Source: an uncultured archaeon (GTDB taxonomy: Archaea > Thermoproteota > Nitrososphaeria > JACIWG01). From it: a DNA stretch of 64,000 bases. Positions 55,096 through 64,000 of this stretch are shown one piece after another. Position 1 is the stretch's first letter. Each line of letters starts with the position of its first letter. The DNA lies in assembly GCA_938034445.1 (NCBI GenBank), contig CALHLD010000014.1, positions 4,907 through 68,906 on the forward strand. The letters run 5' to 3'. Position numbers and translations under genes: made by a program. The notes beneath the pieces were generated by a model. It worked only from the letters and a program-made list of their open reading frames with translations, was not told the origin of the DNA and ran no database searches.

Positions 55096-56340
55096 ATGGG
55101 GACTGAAATTAAGGAAGTTAAAGCTAGGATAATATTCAACAGCCGAGGCGAAAAGGCGTTTGAAGTAGACGTGCTTATAGACGGTTTCATTGGACGCGCC
55201 TGTGCTCCAGCGGGCGCAAGCACGGGTGCAGCAGAAGCTGTAGCATTCCCTCCATCAGGGCCGGAAGGAGCTCTTCAAATTTTTAAGGAATATTCAACTA
55301 AACTTATAGGGTTTAAAGCTGACGATATAGTTGGCTTATCAAAATTGTTGCATGAGATTGATAAAACACCTAATTTTAGCAAAATTGGAGGTGCAGCTGC
55401 TTTTGCAATTACTGTTGCATCTGCTGACGCTGCTGCAAAATCTCTTGGAATACCAATGTTTAAGGTTATAGGAGGATCGAGGAGATACGCTCACCCCTAT
55501 CCTTTAGGAAATGTTCTTGGTGGTGGAAAACATGCCGGTCCAGGCTCTCCCGACATTCAAGAATTTCTTTCTCTTCCTGTTGGTGCAAAGAAGATATATG
55601 ATGCAGTATATGCTAACATTCTAGTACATAGGGAAGTGAGGAGGTTGATTGAAAAAAGAGATCCATCATTTTCTGGTGGAAAAGGTGATGAAGGTGCTTG
55701 GGCTCCAAATTTAACTGACTTAGACGCCTTGGAAACGGTTTATGAGGCTGTAAACAATGTTAGTGATAAGGTTGGTTTTAAGGTTAAGATGGGCATAGAT
55801 TTTGCCTCTTCCTCACTATATAATCCAGAAACAAAATCTTATGAGTATGCACGCAGAAACAAGGTTTTCTCAAGAGAAGATCAAATAAACTTTGTGCTTA
55901 CGATAATAGATAAATATTCTCCAATTTACATTGAAGATCCACTATTTGAAGACGATTTTGAAGGCTTTGCGATGTTGACGAAGCAAGCAAAGAACACTTA
56001 CATTGTTGGAGACGACCTGTTTGTAACAAATACAAAAAGGCTTTTAGATGGTGTGAAAATTGGTGCAGGAAACGGTGTTATATTGAAGGTTAACCAGGTG
56101 GGTACATTAGGTGATGCTATAGAATTTGCAAATTCGGCGAAAGCTAACAGGTATATTGTTGCGGTTTCACATAGGTCTGGTGAAAGTGTTGATTCCCATC
56201 TTGCGCATATTGCTCTTGGTGTCTCAGGCGAAATTATTAAGTCTGGTGTTGTTGGAGGCGAACGTATCGCAAAGCTTAATGAACTTATTAGAGTAGATGA
56301 AACTTATGGCCCATTTGATATGATGAAATTGGTTTGGTGA
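55096..56340 (+). CDS. eno: Enolase
   Basis: MGTEIKEVKARIIFNSRGE start. Enolase signatures including VSHRSGE. Track ORF is extended 18 codons upstream into rpoN. Confidence 0.9.
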   Translation: MGTEIKEVKARIIFNSRGEKAFEVDVLIDGFIGRACAPAGASTGAAEAVAFPPSGPEGALQIFKEYSTKLIGFKADDIVGLSKLLHEIDKTPNFSKIGGAAAFAITVASADAAAKSLGIPMFKVIGGSRRYAHPYPLGNVLGGGKHAGPGSPDIQEFLSLPVGAKKIYDAVYANILVHREVRRLIEKRDPSFSGGKGDEGAWAPNLTDLDALETVYEAVNNVSDKVGFKVKMGIDFASSSLYNPETKSYEYARRNKVFSREDQINFVLTIIDKYSPIYIEDPLFEDDFEGFAMLTKQAKNTYIVGDDLFVTNTKRLLDGVKIGAGNGVILKVNQVGTLGDAIEFANSAKANRYIVAVSHRSGESVDSHLAHIALGVSGEIIKSGVVGGERIAKLNELIRVDETYGPFDMMKLVW

Positions 56341-56346
56341 AAAATT

Positions 56347-57003
56347 ATGTTAGAAGAAAATGAATCTGTTGACGAAGAAGGTTCTGCTGAAAGAATGGTT
56401 ACAACTGAGGTGACCGAAAAAGCTCTTTTCTCTTCAGGTATAAGAATTGGTAGTGTAGCAAAAACATCTTACATGCGTAAATTTATTGCAACCACAAGAC
56501 AGGGTGGCTTAAACATAATAGACATAAACAAAACGCTTGAAAGGATCGATATCGCTGCTAAAATGATAGCTCGAGTTGGTCCAAAAAATGTTATCGTTTA
56601 CTCGAGGAAACCATATGCTCAGAAGCCTGTAGAAAAGTTTTGTGAACTTACTGGAGCAACACCTGTTTTGAAAAGATTTCTTCCAGGAACTATTACAAAC
56701 CCTCTTCTAAAAAACTATTTTGAGCCTGAAATAGTGTTAGTTTCTGACCCCTTTTATGACAAACAGGCTATAGATGAAGCCTCAAGTTTAGGTATACCTG
56801 TAATCGCCATATGTAATACTGACAACGTAGTTTCAAACGTTGACCTTATTATTCCAGCTAACAATAATGGGAGGAAAGCGTTGGCTGCAGTATATTGGCT
56901 TCTTGCAAGAAGCGTTTTAATTGCTTTAAAACTTCTTCAGCCTAATGAGCCCATGAAATATTCGATAGACGATTTTGAAACTAAGCCGGAAGAAGAATCT
57001 TAA
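56347..57003 (+). CDS. rps2: Ribosomal protein uS2
   Basis: 218 aa. S2 family. Conserved eno-S2 order. Confidence 0.9.
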   Translation: MLEENESVDEEGSAERMVTTEVTEKALFSSGIRIGSVAKTSYMRKFIATTRQGGLNIIDINKTLERIDIAAKMIARVGPKNVIVYSRKPYAQKPVEKFCELTGATPVLKRFLPGTITNPLLKNYFEPEIVLVSDPFYDKQAIDEASSLGIPVIAICNTDNVVSNVDLIIPANNNGRKALAAVYWLLARSVLIALKLLQPNEPMKYSIDDFETKPEEES

Positions 57004-57042
57004 ACTTATAAACTTCCTTTTACAACATTTTGTAGATGGCCT

Positions 57043-57888
57043 TTGGCTAGTATAAGACGTCCAGCGGTATCTGGAACATTTTATCCAAGTAATCTAGGAG
57101 AATTAAAAAGTTTACTTGAACAGCTTTTCTCATCAAGTAAAGCTAAAGTTTCACAACTTCCACAATTTTCAAAAATTGTAGGTGTTGTTTCCCCTCATGC
57201 TGGATACGAATATTCTGGATATGTTGCTGCAAAAGGCTACTCTATTCTGAAATCTTATGTCCCCTTGTTGTCAAGGGTGATAATTTTAGGCCCAAATCAT
57301 AGGGGTGTGGGAAGTATAATTTCTTCTTCTACCAAAGAATATTGGGCAACCCCTCTTGGGAATGTTAAAGTAGATGTTGATGGTGTTAAGCAACTTCTAA
57401 AATTTTCTAATATTATTGACTTAGATGATTTTTCGCATGCTTATGAACATTCTATAGAAGTTCAGCTCCCCTTTCTACAGTATCTTTATGGAAACAGCTT
57501 CAAGATTATTCCAATATGTATGATGGAGCAAGATAAACATTTTGCTCTAGAAGTAGCCAAAGCTTTACTGAATATTTTTGACCCTGAAAAGGATATTATT
57601 GTCGCCTCATCCGATTTCACACATTATGAGTCGCAGGATAGTGCACGGAAAAAGGACTTGACGCTTATAAGCTACATTGAAAACCTTGATATTGATGGCT
57701 TCTACAACTGCCTCTATAATATGAATATTACTGCTTGCGGTTTTGGACCTATTGCAGTCCTGATGGCTGTCTCAAAAAATTTGGGTATGATTGGTTCAAG
57801 ACTTGTATCTTATATGACTAGTGGAGATGTTATAGGTGACTACGATCAAGTTGTAGGATATGCTTCTATCGTCTTTGGTAAGTGGTAG
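57043..57888 (+). CDS. MEMO1-family protein (AmmeMemoRadiSam system protein B)
   Basis: 281 aa. GTFYP, SPHAGY and HSIEVQLPFL motifs. TTG start. Confidence 0.8.
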   Translation: MASIRRPAVSGTFYPSNLGELKSLLEQLFSSSKAKVSQLPQFSKIVGVVSPHAGYEYSGYVAAKGYSILKSYVPLLSRVIILGPNHRGVGSIISSSTKEYWATPLGNVKVDVDGVKQLLKFSNIIDLDDFSHAYEHSIEVQLPFLQYLYGNSFKIIPICMMEQDKHFALEVAKALLNIFDPEKDIIVASSDFTHYESQDSARKKDLTLISYIENLDIDGFYNCLYNMNITACGFGPIAVLMAVSKNLGMIGSRLVSYMTSGDVIGDYDQVVGYASIVFGKW

Positions 57889-57891
57889 TTT

Positions 57892-58830
57892 TTGAAAGCT
57901 TGTGCTTTCTCTCCTGGAAAGGCTATTCTACTAGGTGAACATTTTGTTGTTCACGGTGCTTACGCTCTTGTTGCCGCCATCCAGCAAGGTTCATTTGCTT
58001 TCACATGCTTTTCGGACACAGATGAAATAGTAAGCGAGTCTTTGAATGTTGCTTGGAGAGATGGTTCCATTGTTCCTATGCAGTTGCTTCCATACAAGAA
58101 AGCTTTGGATAAAATTAGGGAACAGTATAATTTTTCTAAAAAAATTAGGTCAGTACTTTCTACTAACCTTCCAATATCGGCTGGGCTTGGATCATCAAGT
58201 TCCACTTCTGTAGCATTTTCAGCCTCTGTTCTAAAGCTTATCTCAGGGGAGGTCGACTATAGCATGCTCTATAACATGTCAATGGAGTCGGAACGTGTTA
58301 CTCATGGTAATCCTTCGGGTGCTGACGTTTTTATCGGAATAAGAGGCGGTATTCATCTTTTTAAAAAAGATAGTTTCTCAAAAGAAATTACCCTTCCGAA
58401 TAAGGTGAAAATTCTTTTGATAAACACTGGCCAAGTTAGACAGACTTCCAAGCTCATCTCAAAATTTTCTAATTTTAAAGACCTGTATCCCTCGTATTTT
58501 AAAATGCTTGTTGAAGCATCCTCACACCTTACTCTAATTGGCTCCGAATATTTGAGTAAAGGTTCTCTAGAAGAGTTCGGTCTTTTAATGTGCTATCAGC
58601 ATGCCATACTCTCACATTTTGGAGTGTCCACTGAGATCCTGGATAAGATTGTAGAGTTGGCGATGTACTCTGGTGCCCTTGGTGCGAAGCTTACAGGTGC
58701 AGGTGGAGGTGGCTGTGCTATTGTTTTACCTAAACAGTCGATGGTTGAAGAGGTTTTAAACAGTTTTAAAAATTTTGAAGTCTATGTTTCTGAAATTCCT
58801 GCAGGAGGTTTAAGAGTTTGGATGGAATAG
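57892..58830 (+). CDS. mvk: Mevalonate kinase
   Basis: 312 aa. GHMP kinase. SPGKAILLGEHFVVHG N-terminus. ATP motif PISAGLGSSSSTSVAF. TTG start. Confidence 0.85.
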   Translation: MKACAFSPGKAILLGEHFVVHGAYALVAAIQQGSFAFTCFSDTDEIVSESLNVAWRDGSIVPMQLLPYKKALDKIREQYNFSKKIRSVLSTNLPISAGLGSSSSTSVAFSASVLKLISGEVDYSMLYNMSMESERVTHGNPSGADVFIGIRGGIHLFKKDSFSKEITLPNKVKILLINTGQVRQTSKLISKFSNFKDLYPSYFKMLVEASSHLTLIGSEYLSKGSLEEFGLLMCYQHAILSHFGVSTEILDKIVELAMYSGALGAKLTGAGGGGCAIVLPKQSMVEEVLNSFKNFEVYVSEIPAGGLRVWME

Positions 58831-59585
58831 GAGCGCTTGTTATAGTAAAGTTTGGGGGTTCAGTTATAACCGACAAGAATCACCCCCTTTCACTTAATCA
58901 AGTAGCATTAGATTCGCTGTCGAAGACACTTTCTATGCACCCTTCTAAGAAGGTTATAGTTCATGGTGGAGGCTCCTTTGGACATCATTATGCTAAAATG
59001 GCCGGATTAAATACTAGATGTAAATTTGTTGATGATATTAAACAGATTGCATTAATCAGGAAGAGTATGCTAGAGCTTAATGCTCATGTAATAAACTCGC
59101 TTTATTTGTATGGCTTAAATCCTTACACGATAGCCCCATTCTATTGGAGTAAAAGTTTGAACGGTTTGAAGGCTTTACTCTATAAACTTTTGTCCCAGAA
59201 CGTCTGTCCCGTGTTCTTTGGAGACGTGTTGCCATGTAATAGAGGATTTAAAATTCTTTCTGGAGATGATATTTCATACTTCCTTTGTAGGATGCTAAAA
59301 CCTTCCCGCATGATATTCTGTATTAATGTAGACGGCATTTTTCCTTCATCAAATATGAAAGGTCCAATCATAAGGGAACTGGATCCTAAAGTTGTTGAAA
59401 AAATAATGGCAAAGAAGTCTTCTATAGATGTTACTGGTGGCATTGTAAGAAAGATTAAAATTGCTTATAAGATCTCGAAATTGGGTGTTGACGTATTTTT
59501 TGTTAATGGTTCGAAACCAGACGATTTTTTCAAAGCTTTAAATGGAGAATATGGTGTGGGAACTTGTATGAGGGGTATGAAATGA
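58818..59585 (+). CDS. ipk: Isopentenyl phosphate kinase
   Basis: 255 aa. Amino-acid-kinase fold. VKFGGSVITDK. VHGGGSFGHH (catalytic His). Confidence 0.8.
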   Translation: MDGIGALVIVKFGGSVITDKNHPLSLNQVALDSLSKTLSMHPSKKVIVHGGGSFGHHYAKMAGLNTRCKFVDDIKQIALIRKSMLELNAHVINSLYLYGLNPYTIAPFYWSKSLNGLKALLYKLLSQNVCPVFFGDVLPCNRGFKILSGDDISYFLCRMLKPSRMIFCINVDGIFPSSNMKGPIIRELDPKVVEKIMAKKSSIDVTGGIVRKIKIAYKISKLGVDVFFVNGSKPDDFFKALNGEYGVGTCMRGMK

Positions 59586-60640
59586 GCGATCAGATTAGAA
59601 AGAGAAAGGTTGACCATCTTTCTATATGCCTTAAAAAGGATGTAGAATGTAAGAATATTACAACAGGTTTAGAGTATGTGTATATTGTTCACAATGCTCT
59701 TCCAGAAATAGATCTAGATGATGTCAACACTTCGTCCGACTTTTTCGGATACAAACTTTCTTTCCCCCTCCTATTTGATTCGATTACTGGGGGCTCTAAA
59801 GAATCAAAGCAAGTAAACAAAACTATCGCTGAAGTGGCAAAGGATAAGGGTTTAGGCATGTTTCTTGGAAGCATTCGCCCAGCTCTTGAAGACCCAAATA
59901 CGCTTGATTCCTATACTATTGCAAGGGATACCGCTCCAGACATATTTATTGGATTAAATATTGGTGCCTCACAACTTTCTAGAGGTTTTGATCTTGACAG
60001 ACTAAAATCCATTCTAAATGATATGAAGGCTAACGCCTTATCTATACACTTAAATCCATTGCAAGAATCTATTCAAGTTGAAGGTGAACCATTCTTTAAG
60101 TCTGTTCTCGAAAGAATAAGTTTCCTTGTTAAAAATTTAAATGTTCCAATAATTGTTAAAGAAGTAGGATGTGGGATTTCTCGTGAAGTCGCTACAAAGC
60201 TTGAGCTTGCAGGTGTTTCCGCCATCAACGTCGCTGGCCTAGGTGGCACAAATTGGGCTGTAGTAGAGTCTATTAGAGCTAGAATGTTAGGACACAATTA
60301 TAAAGCTGAACTAGGTGGCCTATTCTCCTCCTGGGGTATACCAACATCCATCTCGATTATTGAATGTGTTCAAAGTGTAAAAATTCCTATTATAGCCTCT
60401 GGTGGTATAAGAAATGGTTTAGACATGTTTAAGGCTATGGTTTTGGGGGCAAGATATTGTTCAATAGCCCTTCCAGTATTAAGAGCGTCTAAGTCTCTTC
60501 AAGAGCTTTCTAGGTTAGCTGACCTGTTTTTAGTCGAATTTAAAACTGCCATGTTTTTGGCTGGTTGTAAGTCTGTAAATGATCTTAAGTCAGTAAGATA
60601 CTATTTAGGCCCCCAGCTTAAAGGTTTGCTTTCAAGGTGA
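59582..60640 (+). CDS. fni: Isopentenyl-diphosphate delta-isomerase, type 2 (FMN-dependent)
   Basis: MSDQIRKRKVDHL start overlapping the ipk stop. AGLGGTNWAVVE and GGIRNGLD blocks of IDI-2. Confidence 0.85.
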   Translation: MSDQIRKRKVDHLSICLKKDVECKNITTGLEYVYIVHNALPEIDLDDVNTSSDFFGYKLSFPLLFDSITGGSKESKQVNKTIAEVAKDKGLGMFLGSIRPALEDPNTLDSYTIARDTAPDIFIGLNIGASQLSRGFDLDRLKSILNDMKANALSIHLNPLQESIQVEGEPFFKSVLERISFLVKNLNVPIIVKEVGCGISREVATKLELAGVSAINVAGLGGTNWAVVESIRARMLGHNYKAELGGLFSSWGIPTSISIIECVQSVKIPIIASGGIRNGLDMFKAMVLGARYCSIALPVLRASKSLQELSRLADLFLVEFKTAMFLAGCKSVNDLKSVRYYLGPQLKGLLSR

Positions 60641-61638
60641 TAATCTTGTCAATATACGATGAAATAAAATATTTTTCTTCAAAGGTTGACGAATATCTTG
60701 TAACCTATTTTATAAAAGAGCCACAGTTTTTGTACGATGCCTCCTATTATCTTATAAGACATGGTGGAAAAAGACAGAGGCCCTTTATACTAATAAATTC
60801 TGGCATGATGTTTGGAGCGAACCTTAATGAACTGCTTCCCGCTGCAGCTGCGGTAGAAATTTTGCACAACTTTACCCTTGTACATGATGATATAATGGAT
60901 AATGATGAAGAAAGGAGGGGTGTTCCTACTGTTCATGTTAAGTTTGGTGTTCCTATGGCTATTCTCGCTGGAGACCTTCTTTTCGCAAAATCCTTTGAAG
61001 CTGCATTAAACCTCTTGAAATATTCCTACAATCACAGTCAAGTGGTTAATGTTATAGCAGCCCTTGTTAATGCATCTATTGAAGTTTGTGAAGGCCAGGC
61101 TCTTGACCTCAAAATTGCAGAGTCAAAACAATTTCCTTCTAAAGAAGAATACTATCGTCTTATAGAATTGAAAACTTCTTCCTTGTTTAAAGCTTGTACA
61201 GCAATAGGCGCTATCTTAGGCGGTGCTGACGCATCTTCCATGGAAAAATTGAAGGAATTCGGTAGACTCTATGGCCTCTGTTTCCAATTAGTTGATGACG
61301 TTCTCTCTATAACTGGAGACCCTTCAATAACAGGTAAACCTGTTGGAAACGATATAAGAGAGGGAAAGAAAACCTTGGTAATAAGGTACGTTCTAGAAAG
61401 TGCCTCTGAAAGTGAAAAGTCTAAGCTCTTATCAGTCTTGGGCAATCGTATGGCATCAAATGCGGAAATAAATGATGTTCTATCCATAATTATATCGTCT
61501 GGTGCCCCTGAAAGAGTTAGGTTAGAGGCTAAGCTTCTATCAGAGAAGGCAATATCCATTCTCCAAACTTTTCCAAAGTCCAGAGCAAGAGACATGTTAA
61601 TAAATTTGACAATGGAGGCTTCAAGCAGGAGTAGGTAA
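60637..61638 (+). CDS. idsA: Geranylgeranyl diphosphate synthase (short-chain trans-prenyltransferase)
   Basis: 333 aa. First Asp-rich motif LVHDDIMD. Second FQLVDDVLS. Confidence 0.85.
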   Translation: MIILSIYDEIKYFSSKVDEYLVTYFIKEPQFLYDASYYLIRHGGKRQRPFILINSGMMFGANLNELLPAAAAVEILHNFTLVHDDIMDNDEERRGVPTVHVKFGVPMAILAGDLLFAKSFEAALNLLKYSYNHSQVVNVIAALVNASIEVCEGQALDLKIAESKQFPSKEEYYRLIELKTSSLFKACTAIGAILGGADASSMEKLKEFGRLYGLCFQLVDDVLSITGDPSITGKPVGNDIREGKKTLVIRYVLESASESEKSKLLSVLGNRMASNAEINDVLSIIISSGAPERVRLEAKLLSEKAISILQTFPKSRARDMLINLTMEASSRSR

Positions 61639-61639
61639 A

Positions 61640-63385
61640 TTGTTCTCGGAAAAGGAAGTTGAAGAACTTATAAGAAAGTATGCTCTAGAAAATGCTGTAA
61701 AGTTTGGGGGCAAGTGTAATCCTCAAGCTGTCTTAGGTAAAGTTTTAGGTGAAAGGCCTGAATTAAAGTCCAGAGCTAAGGATCTTGCTAAACTAGTGGA
61801 GGAAATCTCTGATCAAATAAATAGTATGAGTTTAGATAGTCAAAAAAATCTTTTATCCCAATATTCTTTTGGAGAAAGGCAGCCTCAACAAAGGAAGGAG
61901 GAAAAATTTTTACCTCCACTTCCTGATGTTGAAAAGTATGGTAAAGTTGTTACACGTTTCGCTCCAAACCCGGACTGTGTGCTTCATCTTGGTTCTGCAA
62001 GGGCAATAATATTATCGCATGACTATGCAAGAATGTATGATGGTAAGTTTATTTTAAGGTTTGAAGACACTGACCCAAGACTGAAAAAGGCTTCACTTCA
62101 ATTCTATGATTCAATTAAGGAGGATCTGAAATGGTTAAAATGTGAATGGGACGAAGAATATGTTCAAAGTGACCGTTTACCAATATACTATGAATTTGCT
62201 AGAAAACTTATTGACGTTGGAGGTGCATACGTTTGTACATGCGAAAGTGAAATGTTTAAGAAACTTTTGATAGAAAAAATGCCTTGTCCTTGTAGAAATC
62301 TTTCTATAAAAGAGAATCTCGAACGTTTTGACAAGATGTTAGATGGAACCTTTGATGAAGGGGAAGCTGTTCTTCGAATAAAGACTGACTTAAACCATCC
62401 TAATCCAGCGGTAAGGGATTGGCCTGCATTAAGAATAGTGGACACAAGTAGGTATCCTCATCCACGTGTTGGCTCAAAGTTTAGGGTTTGGCCTCTCTAC
62501 AATTTTTCAGCAGGCCTCGACGATCATCTGATGGGGGTAACACATATTATTAGGGGAAAGGAACATTATACTAACATGGTTCGTCAAAAATATATGTACT
62601 CTTACCTTGGATGGTCTTATCCTACAGCCATACATTATGGTAGACTTAAAATCGAGGGAGGTGTTTTAAGTAAGTCTAAGATTATGCAAGGAATAGCTAA
62701 AGGCTTATACAGTGGTTTCGACGATCCAAGACTTGCAACCTTTAAAGCCCTTAGAAAGCGTGGCGTTCTTCCTGAAACTATAAGACAGATTATTTATGAG
62801 GTAAACATTAAACCTGTTGATGCAACTATAAGTTGGTCAACTTTATTTTCTATAAATAAAAAGCTTGTTGACCCTATAGCTCCCAGATATTTTGCAGTAT
62901 TCAATCCACTAATTTTGGCTATAAAAGGTTTTGATGAAGAACGGCAAATAGTTTTGAGAAAGCATCCTAATGTTGAATCTATGGGCTACAGAAGTATTCA
63001 TCTCACTCCAGAAGATGGTGTATTAAAAGTCTATATTAGTGGAAATGATCTTGAATTGATCAAAAAATGTAATGTCTTTAGACTAATGGGTTTAGCCAAC
63101 ATTACAGAATTCGATTTAAAGTTTTCTCATGCAGAAGCTAAAGTGCACAGTTTTGATATTGAAACCGCAAAAAAGTTAAATGCGCCACTAATACATTGGG
63201 TTCCAGTAACGGACTGTGTAAAGGTTCAGATGATTACCTCTGATGGAAACTTGATTGAAGGTTTTGGGGAAAAGAGTTTGGCTGATGCACCTATTGATTC
63301 AATAGTACAATTAGAACGTGAAGGTTTTGCTAGAATTGATAGTAAGAAAGATAATACGGTTAAATTATATTTTTCTACAAGATAG
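61640..63385 (+). CDS. gltX: Glutamyl-tRNA synthetase, archaeal type
   Basis: 581 aa. HLGSAR (HIGH). VLSKSK (KMSKS). Archaeal/eukaryal GluRS N-terminus. TTG start. Confidence 0.88.
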   Translation: MFSEKEVEELIRKYALENAVKFGGKCNPQAVLGKVLGERPELKSRAKDLAKLVEEISDQINSMSLDSQKNLLSQYSFGERQPQQRKEEKFLPPLPDVEKYGKVVTRFAPNPDCVLHLGSARAIILSHDYARMYDGKFILRFEDTDPRLKKASLQFYDSIKEDLKWLKCEWDEEYVQSDRLPIYYEFARKLIDVGGAYVCTCESEMFKKLLIEKMPCPCRNLSIKENLERFDKMLDGTFDEGEAVLRIKTDLNHPNPAVRDWPALRIVDTSRYPHPRVGSKFRVWPLYNFSAGLDDHLMGVTHIIRGKEHYTNMVRQKYMYSYLGWSYPTAIHYGRLKIEGGVLSKSKIMQGIAKGLYSGFDDPRLATFKALRKRGVLPETIRQIIYEVNIKPVDATISWSTLFSINKKLVDPIAPRYFAVFNPLILAIKGFDEERQIVLRKHPNVESMGYRSIHLTPEDGVLKVYISGNDLELIKKCNVFRLMGLANITEFDLKFSHAEAKVHSFDIETAKKLNAPLIHWVPVTDCVKVQMITSDGNLIEGFGEKSLADAPIDSIVQLEREGFARIDSKKDNTVKLYFSTR

Positions 63386-63446
63386 GTTAGAAATTTTTTT
63401 AAAGGTTATGTTTATATTCTGGTTAAATGGAGGTTTTAGGGACTTG

Positions 63447-63854
63447 ATGACTATGTCAACCAGAAAGGATGAATCTAGTCGGAAGGCGTACTATGTGAAA
63501 TTTGAAACTCCAAAGGAAATTATGGATTCTGTTTACGAAATATTAAGAAGGGCTTCTGAATCAGGTAAGGTTAAGAAGGGTACAAACGAAGTTACAAAGA
63601 GTATAGAACGTGGTGTCGCTAAACTAGTAGTTATAGCTGAAGATGTTGATCCACCTGAAATTGTAGCACATCTCCCAATATTATGTGAAGAAAAAAGGAT
63701 ACCGTATGTTTACGTTTCAAGTAAAAGTCAGCTCGGTGCGGCTGTCGGAATAGATGTTCCAGCTGCATCAGTTTGCATAATCGAACCAGGTGAAACCGCA
63801 CAACTTTTAGACGATCTAATAAAATCTGTTTCAAAGCTTAAACCTCAATCATAA
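63447..63854 (+). CDS. rpl7ae: Ribosomal protein eL8/L7Ae (K-turn binding)
   Basis: [10 protein letters not shown]...[46 protein letters not shown], near-canonical L7Ae. Start set at the internal ATG. Confidence 0.9.
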   Translation: MTMSTRKDESSRKAYYVKFETPKEIMDSVYEILRRASESGKVKKGTNEVTKSIERGVAKLVVIAEDVDPPEIVAHLPILCEEKRIPYVYVSSKSQLGAAVGIDVPAASVCIIEPGETAQLLDDLIKSVSKLKPQS

Positions 63855-63876
63855 AACCTTTTTTCAGGTGTCTAAA

Positions 63877-64000
63877 ATGTCTGTAAAAAGTGAAGAAAAG
63901 CCGACGCCTGCTGAGGTTGTTCAAATAGTTGGCAGGACTGGTGTTGCTGGGGAAGTTACACAGGTGAGAGTTAAAATTTTAGAGGGTAGAGACAAAAATA
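63877..64000 (+). CDS. rps28e: Ribosomal protein eS28 (3' end of gene truncated at window edge)
   Basis: Own translation: [41 protein letters not shown]... matches the S28e core. Conserved L7Ae-S28e order. Confidence 0.85.
   Translation, partial: MSVKSEEKPTPAEVVQIVGRTGVAGEVTQVRVKILEGRDKN

Overview
This is an archaeal chromosomal segment, AT-rich with very tightly packed genes. The gene set (ribosomal proteins L13e, L7Ae, L18e, L19e, L32e and S28e, plus Cbf5, RNase P p29, a DUF106 YidC-like protein, IPK/IDI2 mevalonate genes and prefoldin) points to a TACK-type archaeon. Most of the window is core information-processing DNA, arranged as follows.

- **Left end, minus strand (1..12,796):** leuS (partial) → alaS, then a long co-directional block dtdA–argF–ftsY–pfdA–aIF6–atpF–atpE–atpH–pyrI and secE–nusG/spt5–L11–L1–P0.
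- **Ribosomal superoperon (25.5–41.4 kb):** L3–L4–L23–L2–S19–[300-nt gap]–L22–S3–L29–Rpp29–S17–L14–L24–S4e–L5–S14–S8–L6–L32e–L19e–L18–S5–L30–Hsp20–L15–SecY–DUF106–cmk–cbf5–L13e.
- **Second ribosomal/RNAP block (51.3–63.9 kb):** S13–S4–S11–rpoD–L18e–L13–S9–rpoN–eno–S2, followed by MEMO–mevalonate kinase–IPK–IDI2–GGPP synthase–gltX–L7Ae–S28e.
- **tRNAs:** Leu(TAG), Glu(TTC), and an intron-containing Ser.

The accessory-looking content that I would look at first is:

- (a) a tRNA-Leu-linked block carrying a divergent bacterial-type ATP-PEPCK, an orphan DNA methyltransferase with SPPY motif, an archaeal class I FBP aldolase, and a PFK with PPi-type signature residues;
- (b) a CysRS paralog whose zinc/cysteine-selecting residues appear to be replaced;
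- (c) a NikR-family regulator translationally coupled to a radical-SAM/SPASM enzyme, with a direct-repeat candidate operator;
- (d) a regulator–aminotransferase–NTP-transferase/cupin operon;
- (e) a metal/corrinoid transporter cluster: a CDF transporter with three tandem C-terminal domains, and a membrane S-component-like protein paired with DUF4430;
- (f) an Hsp20 gene embedded inside the ribosomal-protein operon;
- (g) an inverted P1 gene convergent with a tail-less P0;
- (h) a candidate C/D-box sRNA upstream of tRNA-Leu.

I found no CRISPR array, no rRNA, and no obvious transposase or integrase.
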